A stretch of DNA of 57,883 nt, counting the filler, from Catajapyx aquilonaris (taxonomy: Eukaryota): NCBI GenBank assembly GCA_000934665.2. It is 2 parts of 2 records of this genome, joined end to end, with 100 filler letters (N's around TTAATTAATTAA, not from the genome) between each part and the next. Parts side by side here need not be neighbours in the genome. Positions count along the whole stretch, not along the records: positions 28,952 to 57,883 come from JYFJ02004863.1; 1 more part is not named here. One strand, written 5' to 3'. The position numbers and the translations under genes were made by a program. Below, one piece after another: positions 49,752-57,883 of the stretch (its first letter is position 1; each line of letters begins with the position of its first letter). The notes below the pieces were generated by a model. The model saw only the letters and a program-made list of their open reading frames with translations, ran no database searches and had not been told where the DNA came from.

Positions 49752-51107
49752 TAGTCCTGACGTTAAGGGATTCAACCGTGCATTTGGTGAAAAAAGCATG
49801 AAATTTGGTACAAATGTCCCTGAGAGCATACTCTTCAAATTAAGATATGGCGCCACGCCCGTTTTCGCCCAGGAGGCGGGTTGGCTACACTGAAGCGAGT
49901 GACAAGTCTTTTTCTGAGCGAACTACGCTTCCTAGGCGGATATGTGCCAAACAAATGTTGTGGGGAAACATGTATCCTACAAAAAGTGTATAGTAACCTT
50001 TCCACGTACGGTCAGTATTTTCGGAGCTACTGCGACTTGAACCAAATTAAGGGACGAAAAAAAAGTCAACCGTGCATTGGTGAAATTTGGTAAGAATGTC
50101 CCTAAGACCATACTCCTCCAATCCAGATATGGCGCCACGGCCGTTTTCGCCCAGGTGGCCCGTAATTGCGGGTTGGCTACCTTGAAGCGAGTAAAAAGTC
50201 TTTTCTGAGCGTACTATGCCTCTCAGCCGGATATGTTCCAAGCAAACGTTGTACAGAAACATGTACTCTACAAAAAGTATGAAGTACCTTTTCCACGTAG
50301 AGTCCTTATTTTCGTAGCTACAGCGACTTTAAAAAGACTTTTCACTCTCTGAAGGGTAGCCAACCCGCAATTACGGGCCTCCTGGGCGAAATCTGGCGTG
50401 GCGCCATATCTGAATTTGAAGAGTGTAGTCCCTAGGACATTCCTACCATATTTCATGTCTTCATCACCAAAGTGCACTGTTGACCATTTCATCCCTTAAT
50501 TCCATGACTATATGGGTTCAAGTCGATGTAGCTCTGAAAATAAGGACTCTACGTGGAAAAGGTACTTCATACTTTTTGTAGAGTACATGTTTCTGTACAA
50601 CGTTTGCTTGGAACATATCCGGCTGAGAGGCATAGTACGCTCAGAAAAGACTTTTTACTCGCTTCAAGGTAGCCAACCCGCAATTACGGGCCACCTGGGC
50701 GAAAACGGCCGTGGCGCCATATCTGGATTGGAGGAGTATGGTCTTAGGGACATTCTTACCAAATTTCACCAATGCACGGTTGACTTTTTTTTCGTCCCTT
50801 AATTTGGTTCAAGTCGCAGTAGCTCCGAAAATACTGACCGTACGTGGAAAGGTTACTATATACTTTTTGTAGGATACATGTTTCCCCACAACATTTGTTT
50901 GGCACATATCCGCCTAGGAAGCGTAGTTCGCTCAGAAAAAGACTTGTCACTCGCTTCAGTGTAGCCAACCCGCCTCCTGGGCGAAAACGGGCGTGGCGCC
51001 ATATCTTAATTTGAAGAGTATGCTCTCAGGGACATTTGTACCAAATTTCATGCTTTTTTCACCAAATGCACGGTTGACCCATTATTCGTCCCTTAACGTC
51101 CGGACTA
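49752..51107. mobile_element. Academ-like fold-back element
   Basis: TAGTCC...GGACTA termini and TTA 3-bp duplication. Arms of ~560 bp are essentially identical and built from ~300-bp subrepeats. Empty site at ~30700 (tgatactgaattgcacaga). Confidence 0.8.
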
Positions 51108-51577
51108 TTAATTGCACAGATCAAATTGCACACCCTGGTCGTTCAATCTTCACTCAGTTCCTACCCTCCCTTTTCCTTTCGCCATATTCCCCCAATGTAT
51201 ACATGCCACACATCCATCAAAGACGCCCCCTGAACACTTCAGAAAAAAACTAACTACTGTAGTCAACAAGGTGTGTCAATGAGAAAGGTGATTGCTGTGG
51301 ATACGAGACACACAACTGACAAGGTAGCTTTCACATTCATTGTAGGCGTAAGCACATTCCCACACAGTCTCATTTACACATATCAGCACATGATTATATC
51401 CTCTTTGCTGAGTACAAAGTTGGGGTCTATTCCACACTTGGTAGATTCACTTGGTAGATGAAACCAATGATATAGGACTGGTAACTCGGTTCACATCTTC
51501 TGTTTGGGATTCCTCACACCTCATGTAGTCTATAACTACTAATGCAGCACGTGTGTGAATGGGGCCTTAACCAGAAG

Positions 51578-54031
51578 TTACTTTTCACCTCTGTGCATTC
51601 TAACAACATGCTCTTTCAAACTGTCTGCCCGACTAAACTTTTTCTGGCACACCTGGCAACGGAATGGCTTCTCCCCTGTGTGCATCCTCATGTGTGATTT
51701 CAAATGTCCTGAGTGACTAAACTTTTGTTTGCAAATTATACAACTGAATGGCTTCTCCCCTGTGTGGGTTCTCATGTGGTTATTCAAATTTACTGACTGA
51801 CTAAACTTCTTCTTGCAAATTATGCATCTGAATGGCTTCTCCCCTGTGTGGGTTCTCATGTGGTTATTCAAATGTACTGACTGACTAAACTTCTTCTTGC
51901 AAATTATGCATCTGAATGGCTTCTCCCCTGTGTGAGTTCTCATGTGAATTTGCAAATAACCTGACACACTAAACTTTTGTTTGCAAATTATGCAACTGAA
52001 TGGCTTCTCCCCAGTGTGGGTCCTCATGTGATTATTCAAACTTCCTGACTCACTAAACTTTCTCTCACAAATCTGGCAACTGAATGGCTTCTCCCCCGTG
52101 TGGGTTCTCATGTGTTTATTCAAATGTTCTGACCGAGTGAACTTTCTCTCACAAACCTCGCAACTGAATGGCTTCTCCCCTGTGTGGTTTCTCATGTGTG
52201 AATTCAAATTTACTGACCGACTAAACTTTAGTTTGCAAATTATGCAACTGAATGGCTTGTCCCCTGTGTGAACCCTCATATGATATTTCAAACCCCCTGA
52301 TCCACTAAACTTTTTTTCACAAACCTGGCAACTGAATGGCTTCTCCCCCGTATGGGTTCTCATGTGTGAATTCAAACTTCCTGACACACTAAACTTCTTC
52401 TTGCAAATCAGGCAACTGAATGGCTTCTCCCCTGTGTGGGTTCTCATATGTCTATTCAAATCACCTGACCCACTAAACTTTTTCTCACAAACCTGGCAAC
52501 TGAATGGCTTCTCCCCAGTGTGGGTTCTCATGTGAATTTGCAAATTACTCCAGGAACTACACTCCCTCTTGCAAATATGACAAACCTTCCTCCCGAAGTG
52601 TCTCCCTTTGTGCTTGTCTTGCCGGGTCCCATTCTGCATGTTGTCTTCAGCACCTTTTCCCTGAAAGAAATGCAAGTGTACATGAAGGGAGATGTTGGGG
52701 CATAGTTTTACAATCACACAAGATAATTGCCGGGACATTTCCTGTGCCATGGCCCATGGCCCACCTTTTCCCTTCATCCTCGCTAATTTTTATTAAAATA
52801 ATTCTTGCAGGATTACTTTTGCAGTGGTTCATCATAATATGTAGTCTAAGTTATTTCTAATAATGTTACTGTATACTGTATAAAAAATAGAAACTCATAC
52901 AGTATTTTGCCTAATTGTACTGTATTAGCTCGCCTGAAAATTATGCAGGACCAAAAAAAGAAAGGAGAAATATTTTCTTCTGCCGTCTCCTTTTTACCAA
53001 TTTTATACCAGAAAAAGCATATTTATTTTCCCACTGATGCAAAGGTCCAAGAAAATATTAATCTGTTCAGCAGCGTTTACATGTGAGCGAATTGGTTAGC
53101 GAAGTATTCGCCGAACAAAGTGAGTGGTATCAGTTCTGACGTTAAACTCAAGCGAAGCAAAGGCACACAGCGACTGTGTCGAGTTATCAAATGGCCAAAT
53201 GTCAGTGCGTCACAATCTACACCTGTACAACCTACGTTTAACATGTTGCGAGAAACCCAGTCCGGAAATTTGCTATAATATGACCGTGGATCGTTTTCAT
53301 CTGAATGACCCGTATATAATTTTGTCTGGTTTAAGGCAATTCACTTTAAACTGCTTTGTTGCTGGAAACAATTAGTCATAACAGGGATTCTTTCTGTATT
53401 AAGATATAATCGCACCAGTTATGTTAGTTGCTATTTACTTGTACTGAGGACATTTTCTCCACCTACAGTTTTACGGCTGCAGCAAAAAGAAACACTGGAA
53501 AACAGTGCGTAATAATAATTTGTATATTTTATTTCACCTTTTAATTGATCAATTTATTATTCAGTGTCTCAAATAGGATTCAGTCTAGAGGATTGCAGTT
53601 ATGTCACCTCCTCTGCCACTCAATATTTCATTTGCTGTGCTCTTGCTCTGGGAATCAGTGTTTGTTTCCCCTCCACTGCAAATTATATGGCTACGTCATG
53701 ACAGCATTTCAAAGTTGGACACAATACTACCTTTATAATCTCTACAACTTTGATGCATCATGCACAACTGTCTGTTGAATTGAATACATTGCATAATAAG
53801 TCATGTCGTGAAATGCTTGCTGGTACACACCCTTATTCAGAGGCCTTTCTCTGTGATACAAGTTCCAAGCCTAACTAAAATAATTAACACATTGATATAT
53901 TGCTTTACCTGAAGCTCTGGATTGATGTGCTTCTTCAACATGTGCCTCTCCATGTCCCTCTTGGTGGTAAATGCACCGTTGCAGTGGGCACAGTAGAGAA
54001 GCTGGTACATCAAAATGAAGGGTTCCAATAT
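51578..54031 (-). CDS. C2H2 zinc-finger gene 2 (one-finger exon 54031-53909 plus 12-finger exon 52660-51578; 5' exons not identified)
   Basis: 12 intact fingers with TGEKP linkers. Upstream exon ILEPFILMYQLLYCAHCNGAFTTKRDMERHMLKKHINPELQ has phase-0 GT-AG ends. Confidence 0.85.
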
Positions 54032-54944
54032 CTGCAATGAGAAGATAAACAAGATTGACAAATCATGTGAATGTGATTAGAGTAGACTTTTTCATGTTTA
54101 CTACTAAAATGTCCCCAACATCTGTCACAGGACTGGGACTGAAACTGAAACCACCCATAACTCATTTTCGGTTAAAAGTGGATTACCCTTTTCCCCTTTC
54201 CCCTTGAAAAAATATACCCAAAGAATATACCCTAGCAAAACTAATCTTTTAGACCTTTTTTCATCCACCGAAAAAAGTCTTCTAGCCAGGCTCTGTCCAT
54301 CCATCCATCTGTGGACAAGTATCATGTATCATGGGGTAGGAGGAGGGAGGGGGGAAAGGGACAGCCTGGGGAGATTGGCCCAGGCCAGTCAGGGGCGGAT
54401 AGAGTGAACCCAGAACCCGAATATTGAAAAAACAGTCTTCCAGCACGGCTCTGTCTGTCTGATACCTGCCCACAAACAGACAGAGATGTTCTGTAAGACT
54501 CTTACAGATTACAATTAACAATTTATGATCTAACAGGGTGCAAACATGTCCAGTTGAAAGGGATCACAAGGCACTCGGTGTAATCTAACGAAACCACCCA
54601 GCAGGAAAATCAAGCATGTTGCTGTGCTAGCAATTCTGATACCACCACTCTAGTCTATAGATACACTGTGTGGCTGATTATCCGGTCTCTGATAATCGGA
54701 AATCACGGACAATCAGAAAATTGTCCTTCACATCGTAAAAATGAGCTCTTCACAAATTTTTAGTGAACTACTGTACCTACTGCATGGGACTGTATGCTAC
54801 GGTTTAATCAAAATAACAAAACTTCCCATAGATTTTTAATGGGACAGTGGTTATTGACCCTCTAATGATTTTCCAAAGAACCACTATTGCAAAAAAAAAG
54901 TGATCAAGATATTGCGGATTTTTAAAGGTATGAGTTATCCCCTT

Positions 54945-55577
54945 GGTTATCCCCATTCCCATTGGCCCTCTTCAATGAGGGTGGAATGCGGAAGTCAACA
55001 AAGTCATCACTCTATGATGCATTTCCTGCAGAGAGTAGTACAACTATGGACCTTAAAATCATTATCAATGTTGTAGATGGTGGCTTCCTCCTTCACCGTG
55101 TGAACTGGAATGTTGGCTGCAAGTTTTCTTCTATTTGAGATCAGTATGTAGCTTATCTGCGTAAACATTATGGTGAAAACTGCAGTGGTTTTTGACAGTT
55201 ATGGTGATGTCAACAGTACAAAGCTAGCAGAACAGAGGCGAAGAGGCACCAGGAAAACGTCAGTTGATATTAATTTTGATGAGAACATGCATGTCACTGT
55301 TCAACAGGAACATTATAATACCAAATTTATTCGATTACTAACACGGAAAATTGCTGCTAAAGGAGTTGAAACGAGACTCGCTACAGGAGATGCTGATACT
55401 ACAGTACTAATTTTTGTGAGATGTGGGTTAGAGAAAGCAGCTTCTCATCCCACTGTTGCTATAATAGGGGAAGACATAGACTTACTGTTAGTCATGCTAC
55501 TTGTTACTTTGACACCACCAGAAAGTAACATTTATTTCATGAAGCTAGGGCGGGAGATTCCACTTTCCACAAACTAA
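54945..55577 (+). pseudogene. Decayed Academ-type transposase C-terminal (XPG/PIN-like) region
   Basis: PIPLALFNEGGMRKSTKSSLY...VVDGGFLLHRVNW...(stop, frameshift)...VVFDSY...STKLAEQRRR...DADT...IIGEDIDLL. Confidence 0.65.
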
Positions 55578-57883
55578 AGTGTAGCCTTATATTCGTTAAT
55601 TTTAGATGATAAATGATGGAAAACGATGGCAGCTAAGTGAAATGATAAGGTCGTCGACGCATTTTCGATTTACAATGTGATTCTTCGATGTTTTGCTATT
55701 TTTCTTTTTAATATCGTAGTTATTGATGTTATTTATGTTCACAATTGTAATTTTTCCCAATAACTCATTCCAATGTATAACTAAAGTTTGTTTTCATTAT
55801 CCCCAGACTAATTATTTGGATTTGGAGGTCTGATTTTGAAGATTTTGAAGGGGTCCGAATTTGGAGCAATTTTTCCAGAGCATCATTTTTGCAGACTTTT
55901 ACTGAATTTAAAAATGCCATTAACTTGGAATATTTACGTGGATTTTGTTATAGCCAGTTTTTAGATAACTAATCAAAGAATCATTTGGCATCGAGCAATT
56001 AAGTGTAACTTTAACAGTTACGAAGTTATTCAGGAAAAAAGGATTGGGAGTCCTAATTTGGCCACTTTCCTCTACTACTAGACGTTTCATTAAAATTCAT
56101 CATGTAATTTGCTAATAATGTGTGGCGCAAAATGTGAAGTTCGTTAGGTCTATAAAAAACTAGTCGATGATGACTGCAGTGTTGTTGATGACAGCCTGCC
56201 TGTAAATCGAGACCTTATACAGTATTATTTTATTGCAGTGTGGATTAAATCGCTGATAAACGAGTGGGTTCTGCTTCATAAATTACCCAGACTCTATAAA
56301 CTAGAAATAAGTTGCACGAATAAGTAGCAGAACTCTCATACCACGACCCGGACCGTGCGGCCACGGATCCGTGGGACGCCAGCTGCCGCCATTACCAGTG
56401 AGCAGAGTGTTGTGGATTCCGGAACATTGCCAAATCAACATATCCGTAACCTGGCAGCGCCCAGGACTACCAACACATAAACACATAAACAGTCGCGACA
56501 ATACTTCTGCGGTTAATAGTACTATGGATTGGAATGTTGCGCATATTTGGGCGGCATTTTGGTATGTCTTCATGTCAAGGAGGAAAGCCAGCTGTATTTT
56601 TCGAAACCTCCATAGTAGTGGTAATATGCGGGTTTTGACTGGGAAAATAGCTATAGCACGCTTATCTAATCAGTTGACCTTTGCCCTTATCACTTGACCT
56701 TGCCCCCAACTAATTGCCGGCACGCGCCTGGGCGCGTGGCTTATCAGTAGAGCAGGGAAAAAAGGGCCAGAGCGTGGGTAGGAGTCCCCCAGAGGGCCAG
56801 TGGCCACCTCCTCCGCCCCCCTGGACTCACCTGGTGACCCACCTGGTCACTCACCTGGCCACCTTGACTAATTAGACAGGCAGCATGGGGGGCCCTACGT
56901 CACCAGGACACCCCCACATGGGCCCCACGTGACACCCCTACCTGCCCCAAGCACCCCTGTTGTCACTCCTATGGGGCCAACACCTGTCGCAGGTGCCCTG
57001 TGACGTAGACAGGGGGGGTGGGGGAGCAGTAGAGGGGCACCCCATTTTGCAAGCTACTAGAATATTTTCTGGGAATATCTCTTGCCGGCCCTTATCTATC
57101 TTGGGGGGAGGAGATAGGAAAGGTCGAAGAGGCCACCAGCCAAGGGAAAAATGTGCAGGCTTTAGGAACAGTTCCAAAGTACATGTAGAAAAAACTAATA
57201 GGGTTAGTGTGTGCGTGTGTGCGGGAGGGGTGGGCGGCGGCGGCGGCGGCGGTGGTGCTGGTGTAGGGGGGTTTGTGTATGGCGGGAAAAGGCATCCTCC
57301 ATCTTGGAGTGGGTGGGTGGGAGGTTGGCTTGTTTACATTTTTTATGCTCCACGTCACATGCTGCTGCTGGAGAGCGCAAAAAATAAGGAAGCGACCACA
57401 TATTAAAAAATCAGAGGCGCCATTTTGTCGCCACCTGGCCACCTTGACAGGCAGGTAGCATTAAGGATGGAGCTGAATATTTCCCTCAATCTCTGCCCGG
57501 ACTTATCGGTCGTGAGATAGGGCAACTGGAGGGGTGGGGCTGGGGGTGAGAGGCCAGCTGAAAATAAGGCGGCACCAACTACATGGGATATGTATAGCAG
57601 TGGCTATGGAGAGAGGGGGGGAGCCGGGCGCCATGTTTAATCAAGTGGCAGCCATTTTGGATCCTGGGGAGGCTGCTGCTGCTGCTGCTCTGTGGGGGGA
57701 TTGGTGAGGGGGAACATTGCTATGGGGGGGGCAAATTTTTCCGGAGTGGGTGGGCAGGTGAGGAATGTGCGAGCAAAAAAGTGCCGGTTTGTTTGTTTAC
57801 AATTTTTTATACAGAGGCGGGGCAAAGTTGAGCATGGAGAAGGATAGGAAAAAAGCGGACATCCCTGGCTAGTAATATGAGTG

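Larger units (their letters stand above)
48810..54060. repeat. Duplicated ZNF gene unit (paralogue of ~29285-41680 without its TE insertions)
   Basis: Collinear matches: cacagaaaatc.aaatttcactgtta (29297/48821), 3' flank, array exon, intron pieces (35200-35610 vs 53365-53757) and the upstream exon. Confidence 0.9.

Noticed and set aside
51600..52580. Regular repeats with variable inserts, superficially like a CRISPR array
   Set aside because: 84-bp coding zinc-finger units in a eukaryotic spliced gene; no cas genes.

Overview
TE-rich eukaryotic (most likely arthropod) genomic DNA with spliced genes. A 100-bp scaffold gap (28852-28951) splits it into two blocks. Left block: a 5'-truncated, intronless divergent ionotropic receptor (+); three intact, spliced, divergent HIPK/DYRK-like kinase genes (-), two of them in a ~6.3 kb segmental duplication; and a divergent PP1-type phosphatase (-). 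Right block: two tandem-duplicated C2H2 zinc-finger genes (14 and 12 array fingers) whose 84-bp units are nearly identical in backbone but vary strongly at DNA-contact residues. The ZNF genes lie among nested DNA transposons (Tc1/mariner, Kolobok with THAP remnant, Sola1-like, Sola2-like, Academ-like, pogo-like), tRNA-derived SINEs and a solo LTR. Several insertions are confirmed by empty sites in the paralogous copy. Family calls come from motifs read by eye; no database search was run, so novelty cannot be established here.
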